A DNA stretch of 64,000 bases from Albugo candida (Eukaryota): contig JBDOQK010000003.1 of the NCBI GenBank assembly GCA_040437565.1, positions 124,001 to 188,000 on the forward strand. The letters run 5' to 3'. The notes under the pieces are model-generated. The model made no database searches. It saw only the letters and a list, made by a program, of their open reading frames with translations, and was not told the origin of the DNA. Position numbers and translations under genes: made by a program. The stretch's first letter is position 1. Every line of letters starts with the position of its first letter. Below are positions 13,501 to 26,240 of the stretch, in pieces.

Positions 13501-13919
13501 GACTTGGTTCATAAGCCAAAAGCGTAAACGTTTTTTGCAGCTAGTTGATAGTCCAAGACTTGATGTGAGAGAAGATGTAGATCGATACAGTGAGTGAAAC
13601 GTCGAGAATGGATTGGTAGCATCTCTGTTACCGTCTTTTTCGTTTTTCATTCTTCGAGTTTGCTCCATTCTGATCAAAATGTCATCACCGTATGCTATTC
13701 AAAAGTAAAACGTTATGCAAGTGGTCAGGAATTATGGTGCGGCAGCAGATTCTTCACTCCGTTTTGTACCTGGGCTACGTGATCATGCTGCTCATGCCTC
13801 GCAAAAACGGTTACCGCTAATGGATTGATTTCTTTTATGCTTGTAATATCATCATTGTTCCTATATCTCAGCAACAAACATCTATGCACCTAGCAAAATT
13901 GATTGTAGCAAGATGACTG

Positions 13920-14430
13920 AGTCTTAGGATGCGGTGCCAGTAGCAATGTGATTGAATCGAAAGATATGCTGCCACTAGCAATATCACTTATGCGAATTAT
14001 GATATCTCACTTGCTGTGCCTGCTGCATTAATCAGCGAGAACGAAAAGCGCATCTGGTATAAGATGCTTTTCTAGTCGTTCGCCATGTCAACCAGCTGTT
14101 CATGCTCCTTTTAATTGTTCTGCTACTTGCTCTAATAACCGATTGTTAGCATTCAATGATAATGTATCGACTGATTATAAAGAGAACCGAGAAGCCTCTA
14201 TCCTTAGCGTGCACCATCCTCAATGTATCAGAATTTTGTGAACTGAATTGGGACTGCATCACATCAGCCCACCCCTTGAGAAGTGCGGTCTACTGGCATT
14301 CGGTTGAAGCTCTATTGTTTGATATTGAATTTGCAGACTCAACGGGTGCATGCAAGTGACCAAGCTGATGCGGCACGTATAAGTGTCTTAGATCAATGGA
14401 TCTATCAGCCAAAGTCAGAAGCAGACGTTC
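13920..14430. repeat. Partial, more diverged copy of block Z
   Basis: Contains GGATGCGGTGCCAGTAGCAAT and CAGCGAGAACGAA..GCGCATC as in the other Z copies. Confidence 0.65.
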
Positions 14431-15249
14431 CGATTTCTAGCTTGACTATTATTATCGAGTCGGCGCATTATACTTGTCTCAATCCTCGATCTCGATGATC
14501 ATCGGGAGGTTCAAAAATGCATCTTATTCTAATGACCCGGCATGCTTCACGGTACTAGAGCAATCGAAATCAATGCCTGTTGATTTCTCCAAAGTTTCCA
14601 AGGATTTCAAACATGATGAAATCGTGTTTATGTAATGCTTATGGCTGCTGGGATTTTTTTCCAACATCAAGTCCACTTGATGACTCAACGCTTTGAAAAC
14701 AGTTTTGAAGCAAAGCGCATACAACCAGTCGGATAGAGTCGTTCAGCGATTTGAGTGCGAAACCAGTGCCAATTTCCCGGAAGTATGATGCAGTTAAAAC
14801 GCCGAACCGAATGGTGCGAACGAATTCTCGTACCATTTCTTTCAAAAAGCTCGAATCACCAGCTCAAAAGAAGTTTGACAGACTCCGGCTTCCTTTCTCT
14901 GTGTAATATTCGCTATATCCAACAAAGCGGGCGTCGAGTCGGCTTTGTCGATTCACTGCAGAACGAGAATGCCAAACGCCTCTATTGAACACTCTCTAGC
15001 ATGCGTTCTAAGCAGCAGGCGAATGGGATTGAAACTTTTATTTTCACGTTATTGTTCCCTAATGAAGGTGCGAATGCGTTGGCTTCTCTGTACAGTTCAG
15101 CGTGAGATAATGTCTACTTATCTGAGAAGGATCAGACAGCAGTTGCAATTGCGTTGAAGAAAGCTGAACGTGCGAAAAATGCTCTCTTCGGTGAGCATAT
15201 TTGCCAATTCTAATCGTCAGAGAGCACCAGCATGAATTAGAAGAGTCAG

Positions 15250-16570
15250 AAGAACCAGATCTTGTTCCAAAAAAATTCATTGATATCCCGCGATGCAAGC
15301 TGGTTATGTCTTCACAGACGACATAAATGGATGGAGCGCTGCGTAGGCGGACCTTTGCCCTGCTATCAAACGTCCGATTTATAGTTATAACCACTACAAT
15401 TACCATATATAAAGGTCGTAGAGCCACTGTAGTCAATGTTGAATGTAATCGGACGCATCGCCAGACCCAATCACGAGCCAATAAGGAAGTAAGTTGATTT
15501 TGAAATGATATGTCTGTCAAACAATCACTGTTTCAAATAGACTTTTGTAGATTATATTCTGTGATGGTGCGATCAACTCACCTCAACTCTTACTGCTATT
15601 TGGCGTGGGCGATGCTGATCACTTGAAGCAGGTCGATGTACCACTCGTGCATCATGTACCGGCTGTTGGACAAAATCGTGAAGATCATCTAGACCTTTAA
15701 GTTCAATATGAATGCACACAGCCGATCACATTGCATCATGCGACTTGGTACGAATCCAATCGTCTCGTCCTGTTTTGACCTGATTACTTCTCGACCGAAT
15801 TAGAAAATATCCTCATAAAATGTTCCAAATCGCTTTGGAATGGCTATTTTTTCAGACTGGCTGGGGTGCAAGCGCTCATCTCGAATCAGGTGGATTTATT
15901 CGAAGGTATTCTATCGAATGCTTGAATGTAATCCATCCTGTTCTTATTGTGCTCTGTAGTGCGCCAGGCAAATGTCAGCCCGAATTGCAGTAACATTTCT
16001 TACCAGGAGCGCTTACTGGACAACTGGTTTTTCGAAACGTGCACGCAATGAAACACATTGTTCTCCAATGCGAGCAACCAGCCGTAGATCTATTGAGCTC
16101 CAAAGCGCTGACCCCCACGCCGATCCGATCATCGAGCCGAATGATCTTGACACCTTACAGACTCCCATATATTCGATCTGCTGCTCCACTAATTCGCTAA
16201 GCATTCGAGCAGGAGGGCTTCGATGCATACCATGGGAATCCAATTCCATCAAACTTAAATGTTCAATTAGATGATGAAATTGATGCGTGGGTCCGTCAGC
16301 ATGCGAAGAGCGCGTACCATCCCTTCTGCACGAATCGTTTAGGATCAGAATCTGATTTTGCCATAGATCCTCACATTCGGGTTTGCGGGGTCGATGGTGT
16401 AGGGATGATCGATGCGTTGGTGATGCCAAACATCATTAGTGGGAAAGTAAATGCTCGGACGATCATGCTCGTAGAGAAAGAAGCCGATATAATAGTCGGG
16501 AACGAGCCGCTCAAAAAGAAACCGTACCAGTTTATGAGCCACCGAGCTGAAAAGATTCGCAATGATAAAG
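15250..16570 (+). pseudogene. Choline dehydrogenase (GMC oxidoreductase) pseudogene, copy 1 (5'-truncated)
   Basis: DNA similar to ~30280-31462; fragments such as QKNQILFQK, NSPQLLLL and IDALVMPNIISGKVNARTIMLVEKEADII, with many frameshifts. Confidence 0.85.
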
Positions 16571-16621
16571 AGCTGCACAAAACATGACTTTTTATTTGTA
16601 ATTGAGTATATCTTTTCCGGC

Positions 16622-16933
16622 TTAATCAAATTTAGAGTCATCACTACTCGAATCAGATTCTGAGTCTTCACTGCTTGAGTCGCTAGAGCTACTGCTTTCA
16701 CTCAACGTATGATTCTTTGATGTCGTAGTGGCATCTTTAGTCGGTGGTTTCTCGCGATTGAATGGCTGACGTAATTTCGGATTTCGAAGTTGTTGCGACC
16801 GCGAAGCTCGGACTCGATATGCTGGTGTGTTTTTGCATTCATAAGTCCAGTGCCCCGACTGCAGACATTTCTGACATTGTCGAGAAGATTCTAGAGATGC
16901 GTTTTGTCTCGCACGCTTTCGTGCGGGATTCAT
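16622..16933 (-). CDS. ZCCHC10-like zinc-knuckle protein (103 aa)
   Basis: ATG at 16933; QCQKCLQSGHWTYEC..RASRSQQLRNPKL followed by a Ser/Asp-rich tail, the typical ZCCHC10 architecture. Confidence 0.75.
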   Translation of the reverse strand: MNPARKRARQNASLESSRQCQKCLQSGHWTYECKNTPAYRVRASRSQQLRNPKLRQPFNREKPPTKDATTTSKNHTLSESSSSSDSSSEDSESDSSSDDSKFD

Positions 16934-19900
16934 TAAGCTTGATAGAATCCAGCGGTTTGATTCGTGTAAAATACTTTTTCTATAGGGAGGATTGGCGGAA
17001 AAGGATGGAGTTATTAATCGATTGTGTATCGCTACAGCTTTCAAGGAACACATTCATTCGGCTGGTTATGTTTTGTTGTGGTGTTATCAACAAAAGGCAA
17101 GTGCATTCGATGTTCAGTGTGTTTATTGATTCAAAGAAACTCACGTCAAAAAAAAGAGTGCATCACTCCCATTATTGATAAAGCAATATCTTTATCCACC
17201 GCTCAGGATTGTTACGCTCAACGCAACAACTGGCTCATTTGGCGAGCAATCCAAAGTGATTGGAAATCTCAATATGATACCAAAAGACAGCGATGGAATA
17301 GAAAATGTTAATTTTGCTTGTTACAAACGAAAGCAGCTAACGATATATCGATGTAAGGTGAATTGAACTACTGCTCGTTTTCTAGAATATCGGGGCTATT
17401 CGTACCGGCTGAAAAAAATCATCGACTGGATGTTGATTTCTCCCTCAACAGCACTATGCAATCAATTCTTTTGTATGTATACGTGGCTTTATGTATCCAG
17501 TGAACCCGTACCATGTGACAAAGCGCACGGATGAGGGCCTATCGGTGAGAGGAGGGACCGCATCCAACAATAATATACAGGTCGTCTGCCAAAATATAAG
17601 TGTAATCCGAAGAGATCCTATATTGTGAGAAAATTACGGCGGAAAGAAATAGCGTGAACAAGAAGTTGGACTTGTCCAAATCAAATTTGTTGAGGCATAT
17701 AGCGGTGAGGAAGAAGAAATTGTTTCTCACACAGATTTCAACAGCATAAAAGGTAAAGCCTTGCACCATTGATCCTATCATCAGTTACAGTTTGGGAAGA
17801 GATTCTACGCAATTGTTAACCAGGTATCAGTCATGAAGCATGTTTCCCTACCCACTATTGGTGCCAGACACTACTTTGATTGGTGGACGTTCATGAAGGA
17901 AGCCAAACGAATTTATACAGAGTCGATACATCTTTATTTAATACTCTTCCATGTAGCGAAGGAGCTCACAAATCAAACACAATGCCGTCACGCGACTACA
18001 ACGATACAGCGAAACGGTGACCTGTATACATTACACAAAAGTCAAACCACTTGCCGTCTCTGGACGCAAGGGACGATAATTAGCATAGCGGATGTATCGA
18101 TGGAGACCGTCCGTACCATCTAAACGACCACGAGTTATGGTTCACTCCAAGGACATTCGAACTACGTTTTGCTGCTTTTAGCAATTGTGGACCAATCAAT
18201 GCGGTATATAAACCCTATTTTAGGGAGCCTTCAAAGAGGCCGACTTGTGGAATATGTACATGAAAACTATCTTTTACATTCGCATCAAATAGATTATAAG
18301 TACTGTCCCGTGAAGCTAATTGGCTGAGCGTTGGAAGAAGGGATTTGTCAGTCAAACTTCAGCTCAAAGCTACTGTGGAAACCTTAGCTGGATGAAGATC
18401 ATTACCATTACGGTGGAGTATTCATCGGCTACACTCGAATCAATCCCATCGGATGACAGGAAAAGGATTCGACTGGAGGTTTTTAATCAGGAGTTTCTAC
18501 AAGCGCTGGGAAAGAAGAAAAAGCATCTCTACGAAACTCAAGATTGAACTCGAAAACTCGAAGGGGAAGCTGTAGTCTTAATTGCGACCGGAGAACAGGC
18601 ATTGCAAATCGGCACAGAACTCGACAGCGGCATCCAATGCGGTTCACGCGGATGATACAGCGAAACAACATTACTCAAAAAGTCAATCAATCATTAATTG
18701 CAAGCGTTGGAAAAAAATGAGGCATCTCTACGAAGCACAAGATCAAGTCCGTGATCTTGAAGTGAAAGTTGAAGAATTGCTCAAGCGGTTGGAGAACAGA
18801 AGTTTGACTTATATCAAGTGTCGAAGCAAGCGACTCGATGCTTATGAGAAGAGATTTAAATACGTCATTGGAGATGAAGTAAATGACGCGTGCAATTGGG
18901 AAATACTCACTTTTATAGATGACCTCATTACGTCAGTTGATGTGAAAGTGCTGGAAACTTTCTGATGACCTAATTACGTCTTTATTATGGATTGAGCTCT
19001 TCCACTGCAACTGAATCGATTTGTAATACTTCATTGTATTTCATAGAAGTTATTTTGTCGTATTTGTAGTTGTATTTATTGTTTTTGGAAGAAAGTTTGC
19101 ATGTGACTTCTTTATTACACTAAGAGGTTCAGCAAGAAAGCGTTATTTCACCAAAAGTAGATTGCATCACATATATGCTCGTCAGCTTGCATTGCTTTAC
19201 TAATTACGAACAAAGATCAGCTTTTATTTTAAATATCGCATATTTTTCAGAAGCAGTATGAACACGTGAGTTGTTTGTGGGGAAATGCATACGGAAAGCT
19301 TGTCTATCTCTGTTATCAAAGATTCATTTCAAATAGTACAAGTACAAACAGATTACTCAAACAGTTTACATTTTGTGGTCTAAACGGCATTATACTCCAG
19401 CTGTCATTCCGCAACGCAAAGTTGAGTCATCCTTTTAGACGCATCTGTCGGGTTGAAATAAACGGCGGGTATGCAAGTGCTCATCCAGCTCTAATGTTAA
19501 ATACGAAGTGGTTCGAGCCGAAAATTAGAGCGGAGTGTGTTAACAAAATGGCATGCCTTCACGATCATACAAGATATGGAAGCACACTCGTACACCATAT
19601 GCGACGTCGTATGATGTAAGAAGAATGAATGAACGGGGCACGTTGTAACTGATCAATGTTCACTAAATTCAAGAATATTGAACGAGTATGGTCAAACTAG
19701 TTCTTGTATGGAATCTTGAAGATTTATTAGAAGGCTCCTCAGTGTGCAATCAAAACAGCAATCGAGGACGTCATCTTTTATAAAATTCGTAACTGGAGAG
19801 AGAATTCACACCTGAGTGAACGAGGACGGAATTCGACAAGCGTGAAGAGGATCCTGGACTTGCATAAAACCGCATCGAGTTATTTATAAGGAAACGATTG

Positions 19901-22078
19901 TATCAAGAGATTCGAATGCAAGATCGTGCATTCGAGATGAGAAGCAATGAAATATTGGCAAAAGCCGCAGGAATATATTAGAGAAGACGTGAATCTCAGG
20001 AGGAAGCTATTNNNNNNNNNNNNNNNNNNNNNNNNNNNNNNNNNNNNNNNNNNNNNNNNNNNNNNNNNNNNNNNNNNNNNNNNNNNNNNNNNNNNNNNNN
20101 NNNNNNNNNNNGAGAGAATTCACACCTGAGTGAACGAGGACGGAATTCGACAAGCGTGAAGAGGATCCTGGACTTGCATAAAACCGCATCGAGTTATTTA
20201 TAAGGAAACGATTGTATCAAGAGATTCGAATGCAAGATCGTGCATTCGAGATGAGAAGCAATGAAATATTGGCAAAAGCCGCAGGAATATATTAGAGAAG
20301 ACGTGAATCTCAGGAGGAAGCTATTGGGTCGGTGTTGGATGTGGCAAAGGCACATTTACAGACGAAGGGTACTCGGAACCTTGGCAACGAACACGAATTT
20401 GACGCCATACTGAAATAACTTTGTATTCAAACTCAAAAGAGAGGCCATCATACTACATTGTGAGATTCAAACGACATCACTTGCTTTTTATGATTGGTTG
20501 CCTGCATTATTGACGATTTGTAACTCTTGAAGTGTACCAGGTGACAAATACATATCAACGTATCTTTTTTTAGGAGTCTCACAATAAACATTTGCATCAT
20601 AGTATATCGTATTGCCTTCAAATCAGCAAACAAAAGGTCTCAGAGCAATTATTTGCATCACAATGGTGATCAAAGACGATAGCATTTATCGCAGCATTCA
20701 CACAAATCCCAAAACGCAATCGACCGAGAGCCTTCGACCACCGATCTGGTATCGCCAGTATGCGTCTCAAAAAAGATTAAACGTCATTTATTGATTGCTA
20801 AGATTTGCCACTCGCGTACGCTTCCCCAATAAGTATTAGTGCGGCATGTGTCATAAGTGTTCGCAAGCGCAAAATTCAATATAGTACGTAATTGGCGAAA
20901 GGTGCTATTTTGATAAGTGGGTGTATGCAAAGTCGGTATAGCCACAATGACATCAATGTGTGGACGTACCCACCATGGGCCATCGCTCCTTCCAAAGCAC
21001 CATATACCAGTCCCGGTTCCACTTCTATCGTCTAAGGGGTGGCTCGCTTCGCGCGCCGTTCCAATGAGACTTGATGGCAACGAAAAAGCATTTGATACAA
21101 GCAGCACCGAAGCACATTCGAACTCCGTCTGGATCCAAGTCGAACAATCAAGTACACTCATTATAGCGGAAGCTCAGAAATTGATAAAGGCTACGAGCTG
21201 TTCCGAATGGAATGTAGCATATACATGATGCAAACACTTCTTGTTGATTCTATAGCCGTGTTTGGTAACTATCAAGTTGCTTTCGTTGCATGGACACCAT
21301 TAATCTACAAATCTACTATCTATAACAATATATCTCCTTACATCTGCTTATGACGCGATCTTTGTGTGATACATACGACAGCGGTGAAAGCAAACGGTGA
21401 GGATCAGAATTAGAGCCTTCTTCTACGCAAAATTGACATCTTTAAGCCAGATGAAGGACCCCGTTAGTGAGAATACGTTATTTCAATTACGAGAGTATCA
21501 AGAGCTTCTCCAAAGTAAGAAAGTGAGAAAAGACATGGAGACACAGGAGAAAACAATGACACAACAGAGAGAATGATAGTGAGCTTCAGTACAGAAGATA
21601 TTGCTTCAAGTGTGAGTTGAATAAAATGAAACTTGTCAAGTGACTGATCATAGAAGGAGAAAAGCTGTGAATTTAATGACTGGCACAGCAACAAGCTCGT
21701 TTAAAGTTGAAGTGTTGTGCAAAGTGACAATCAAGCAGATTAAGGGAATAAACAGCTGGCGATGGTTTGTAAATTTGCAGGTAATGAGGTGGTTCCATGC
21801 CATTTGAATTCATCAACTGTACAGAGTTGATGAGATACAAATCTGCTGCTGTACGTCAGATCCTAGCAACCAATTCCTCCAATAACCGAGCTATATCTTT
21901 TTGATAGCAGATTCATTTGTTGTGGCCAAACGTGTATTAATGCCGCAAAAAATGAAGAGCGCTTTCTTAAAGATAGTCCTTATGAAAAGTTGTTCGCACG
22001 TGTGCAAAGGTTTCCGGAAGTAAAAAAGTGAAATAGATTGAGCGTCAATTATTTGTTCCTAGTTAACCTTGCCATATG

Positions 22079-22146
22079 CATATGACCAGCACTTGCTGGT
22101 CCTGATCCCATACGACCAGCACTTGCTGGTCCTGATCCCATATGAC
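22079..22146. repeat. 30-bp tandem repeat (about 2.3 copies) with internal inverted repeat GACCAGCA-CT-TGCTGGTC
   Basis: Read directly: CATAYGACCAGCACTTGCTGGTCCTGATCC twice, then CATATGAC. Confidence 0.9.
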
Positions 22147-23148
22147 ATCCGTATGTCAATGCCTCTCCCATCATTACCATATGTCAGCTTGTCGGCCAGT
22201 CAGGTGAGGTTGACCTTAACCTGTAACAGGTCTTGCGGTCACCTCTGGGGATCCTCCATACCTGTTAAAAACAACATCTTCTAAAAGTCCTCAAACGGAT
22301 GCGTCAAATACCGCAAGAAAAGGCGGATTGGCTTTTTGCGGGTATCATGATTATCGGATCTGAATGAGCTTTAACGTCGAAAGAGACATCATAACGCTGG
22401 ATTTGTTCCTTTCATTGCTCCCACATCAAAAATACCACGGCCAGAGAAGAGAATAGAAGATAACATCCGACAACACCCGAATTGGGATCGGTCCTCCAAT
22501 ACGGGCATGAGAAAATCTAAATTCTGACCATTTCGACTCGCATAAATTGCTTCATTGTTCAGAAGATTTCGTCAGCTTTAACAGAATGCCTTCAAGAATC
22601 TTGCATCAGGGATTGCGTCGTGATTAACTCCGACAAGAATATGTCACTGCTGCCTACACACAAGCAGCCATTTGTATACAAATGTTTATGAAAGCTGATG
22701 AGGATCTTAATTTGATTGAAGACGTTGTGCTTGAATAGAAATGTGCACGTCTACTGGAACTGCAGAAGCACGACGTGATTATCCCGCTCTGGCATGGAAG
22801 AATGGACCAGTCCGCGCTAATGCAGGAAATGGAAGCAATCGCAAACGGAGTGACTACCAAGTAATAGAGCAGAAGAGAAGGAAATGCTCGAATAGCATGG
22901 AGGTCGCACAACACCAATGGGGAACACGGATGTATATTGTGAGAGATGGAATGAAGTGTTCATTTAACTGCGTGAAATATTATGTCTTCTACCCTTGATT
23001 AGGACTCTCAACAAGTGGTCGCTACACCGAAACTAATCACTTTGAATGAACAGAGGGACTCATTGACGATTTTGCTGAAAATAATATTTGCCATGGCAAG
23101 AGGCAGTGTCACCACAAACGGAGCGGAAGTTCATAGCAAAGCTCTGAG

Positions 23149-24142
23149 CTAAAGAAGCAAGATAAAAGGTTTCATAGTGCTTTGCACTTTTAAGCGGAAT
23201 ACCCTAAAAAGTGGATATATTGTATGATACACAGGTTGGTTTTGTGTCATCAACTTGAATAGAAAGAACCTAGTTTCACCTTTTCTATCCCCTGTTCTAC
23301 TTTTTTTTACCTTTCGCTCTCTTGTTGGATTGACATTCTTATCGATTGCCGATGTCTTTGTCTCATGCGAAGGCTTTGGTGGTAGCGTGATTTCTTTTTT
23401 GATCTCCTCTCCATCTTTCATGTTGTCTGGCTTTTCACGAAGTCCTTTGCCTTTTTTTTTCTTGCTGGTGTTGACATTCTTATTGCTTGACGACAGACTC
23501 ATCTCGTGGATATGCTGAAGAATATGAATAACAGTTGGATCTTCTAAAGATATCATTTTGGTGACTGGAACGGCGAATCCAGGGTTTGACGAGGTGGATG
23601 GCTCATCCGATTGCGTTGGAAGTGTAGTAAGCACCTTGACGCAATTTTCCAAATCTTTGTTGATTGCGTCTGAGTATGCTTACACGCGAGGAGAAGATCA
23701 TGATATAAATATACATTTGGAAGCAGTACTTTTACCGTTTTGCGACGCCAATTTCATTAGCGCTATATAATGATCAGCGATGATATGAAAGAATTCCTTG
23801 GAAGGCTGCGAGAGCAGCCCAATTGTAGTTATGTAACAGAGTATATATGAACCCTCATCTAAATATCGATGCATATACATACAGATCTGAACCTGTATAT
23901 GTATCGATATTTAGATGAGGGTTATATATATACTCTGTTACATAACTACAATTGGGCTGCTCTCGCAGCCTTCCAAGGAATTCTTTCATATCATCGCTAA
24001 TCTGCTCGGCCTTAGAGCCCGAAAACGTCTGTGAGCGCTTTGAATTTACCACATTTTTCGATACATGTTGCTGACTCGAAGTGATCATCTTGACTGCGAT
24101 GAATGCGATAATCACCAGGTATTGGCTGGCATTATGAGTTAT
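23149..24142 (-). pseudogene. Secreted-protein family copy E2, inactivated (ATG>ATA, internal inverted duplication)
   Basis: ITHNASQYLVIIAFIAVKMITSSQQ aligns with the E1/E3 N-termini but has ATA at 24142. Phase-1 intron 23735-23679 (GTAAAAG..GTGTAAG) splices in frame into the ORF ending KKKKGKGLREKPDNMKDGEEIKKEITLPPKP. In-frame TGA lies inside the hairpin. Confidence 0.75.
23776..23998. repeat. Long inverted repeat / hairpin (~104-bp arms, 14-nt loop)
   Basis: 23776-23879 is the reverse complement of 23894-23998; the outer 73 bp are perfect, followed by one small indel and one substitution. Confidence 0.95.
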
Positions 24143-25288
24143 TCTTGTGAATTCGTCCAATGTGAAATATGTGGTGAGAATGAGTGTATCGAAAAATGAG
24201 AAATCAGATTCTAGTCAGATAAGTAACCGGAGAAAAAGAGAGTGATACTTGCAATGGTATTTCATATTTAGTGCGACTTCGAATCTAACAAGTACCCACA
24301 GGAAACCTGTATAATGCTATTGAGCTACGCGTTTTACTGATAGTTTTGATATTTTTAATACATGCCACGCGTTCCCTGGGCTACCAGGAAGGATGACGTT
24401 ATAATTTGTTGTTGGAGTTTGATAATATGAAGATGTGAAAAGAGACTCTTATTTGTAGTCTCTTTTCACATTTTCTAAGTGAACACGACTATGTAAGGTC
24501 TCCTTAACGGTCAATTGCTAAAAACTCTCCGGCTTGCTGTATTTTGACTCCTGATTCTTGATTCCCTTGGTTTCCCGATTAAATCCTACATAGAGGCTTC
24601 TAAAAATAAAGGGAATTGCTATTTCCACCCATCTTTTTGCTATATCCACCCACCAATGTAATTTTTTGACCAATCAGATTATGACGTTATTACCACACCA
24701 ATTTTTACTATTTCCACCCACCTTTTTATTATTTGATTGGGCAAGATTAGTATGTGCAAATTCAGTTTTTCGTTTTACTTTGCTCACCTGCATTTTGCCT
24801 ACAAGATGAAGATNNNNNNNNNNNNNNNNNNNNNNNNNNNNNNNNNNNNNNNNNNNNNNNNNNNNNNNNNNNNNNNNNNNNNNNNNNNNNNNNNNNNNNN
24901 NNNNNNNNNNNNNAAGAGAGTGATACTTGCAATGGTATTTCATATTTAGTGCGACTTCGAATCTAACAAGTACCCACAGGAAACCTGTATAATGCTATTG
25001 AGCTACGCGTTTTACTGATAGTTTTGATATTTTTAATACATGCCACGCGTTCCCTGGGCTACCAGGAAGGATGACGTTATAATTTGTTGTTGGAGTTTGA
25101 TAATATGAAGATGTGAAAAGAGACTCTTATTTGTAGTCTCTTTTCACATTTTCTAAGTGAACACGACTATGTAAGGTCTCCTTAACGGTCAATTGCTAAA
25201 AACTCTCCGGCTTGCTGTATTTTGACTCCTGATTCTTGATTCCCTTGGTTTCCCGATTAAATCCTACATAGAGGCTTCTAAAAATAAA

Positions 25289-26240
25289 GGGAATTGCTAT
25301 TTCCACCCATCTTTTTGCTATATCCACCCACCAATGTAATTTTTTGACCAATCAGATTATGACGTTATTACCACACCAATTTTTACTATTTCCACCCACC
25401 TTTTTATTATTTGATTGGGCAAGATTAGTATGTGCAAATTCAGTTTTTCGTTTTACTTTGCTCACCTGCATTTTGCCTACAAGATGAAGATAGTGTTGAA
25501 ATCTTCGTGGGACATTTTCGCAGATCATGTCCCTCCCTGTTACATTTTTTACATCGCCGCTTAGGCTTCATTGCATACTCAAATGCTGACGGTTCGCGAT
25601 TTGTTGATGAATTGAGAACCTTATTTTGGGCCCCAAGTGGACGTCCTTTCGCCTTCACGACAGAAGGTTCAGCAAGGACTGAAAATTCCCACTTACCAAT
25701 TCCAAAATTCTAGCATGAATGATTGACTGTTGGGCTGGCGAACATTTTAAATAGCGGCTTTCCAGTGCTTTCAACTNNNNNNNNNNNNNNNNNNNNNNNN
25801 NNNNNNNNNNNNNNNNNNNNNNNNNNNNNNNNNNNNNNNNNNNNNNNNNNNNNNNNNNNNNNNNNNNNNNNNNNNNTTTCGTGTCTTTCCCTCAACGTTT
25901 CCAGCAGAGCGTCTCCTATACTCCCCACCAAGATCACAAGCAAGCAAAACTCGCCTGTCTCCATCTGAACGCTTTATTGACACCCCATAGCCAGACTCAC
26001 GACACACGTGGCGAACGTGTTTAATGAGATCACAACGAGTGGCAAAAGATTGGTTGCAATTGATGAAATAGGACATTGATAAAGGTGGGTGGAAATAGTA
26101 AAAAGTTAGGTGGAAATAACGCCGTAATCTGATTGGTCAAAAAGTCACATTGGTGTGGTAATAACGTCATAATCTGATTGGTCAAAAAAATGGATTGGTG
26201 GGTGGAAATAGCAAAAAGATGGGTGGAAATAGCAATTCCC
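25289..26240 (-). mobile_element. Mutator-like (MULE) DNA transposon, centre lost in an assembly gap
   Basis: TIRs GGGAATTGCTATTTCCACCCATCTTTTTGCTAT... at both ends (>100 bp with TTTCCACC subrepeats). Near-identical flanks AAAATAAA(GG)/AGAATAAA(GG) look like a TSD. N-terminal FAR1/WRKY-GCM1-like segment GYGVSIKRS..LLACDLGGEYR; C-terminal KGRP..STNREPSAFE and CKKCNREGHDLRKC zinc knuckle. Confidence 0.9.

Noticed and set aside
14500-15100. Fragment FVRTIRFGVLTASYF resembling a BTB/BACK-type protein
   Set aside because: Too short and broken to assign.
19798-20325. Exact 214-bp direct repeat
   Set aside because: Identical copies flank a 100-N gap; contig overlap artefact.
17400-21300. Short ORFs with local repeats (KHLYETQD / RHLYEAQD) suggesting decayed genes or Crinkler remnants
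   Set aside because: No LFLAK/HVLV or other recognisable motif; cannot be supported by eye.
22079-22146. Palindromic 30-bp repeats as a CRISPR array
   Set aside because: Adjacent units without spacers, only two copies, no cas genes, eukaryotic context.
24236-25491. Exact 578-bp duplication giving an apparent second left TIR of the MULE
   Set aside because: Identical copies flank gap 24814-24913; assembly overlap, not a tandem or nested element.
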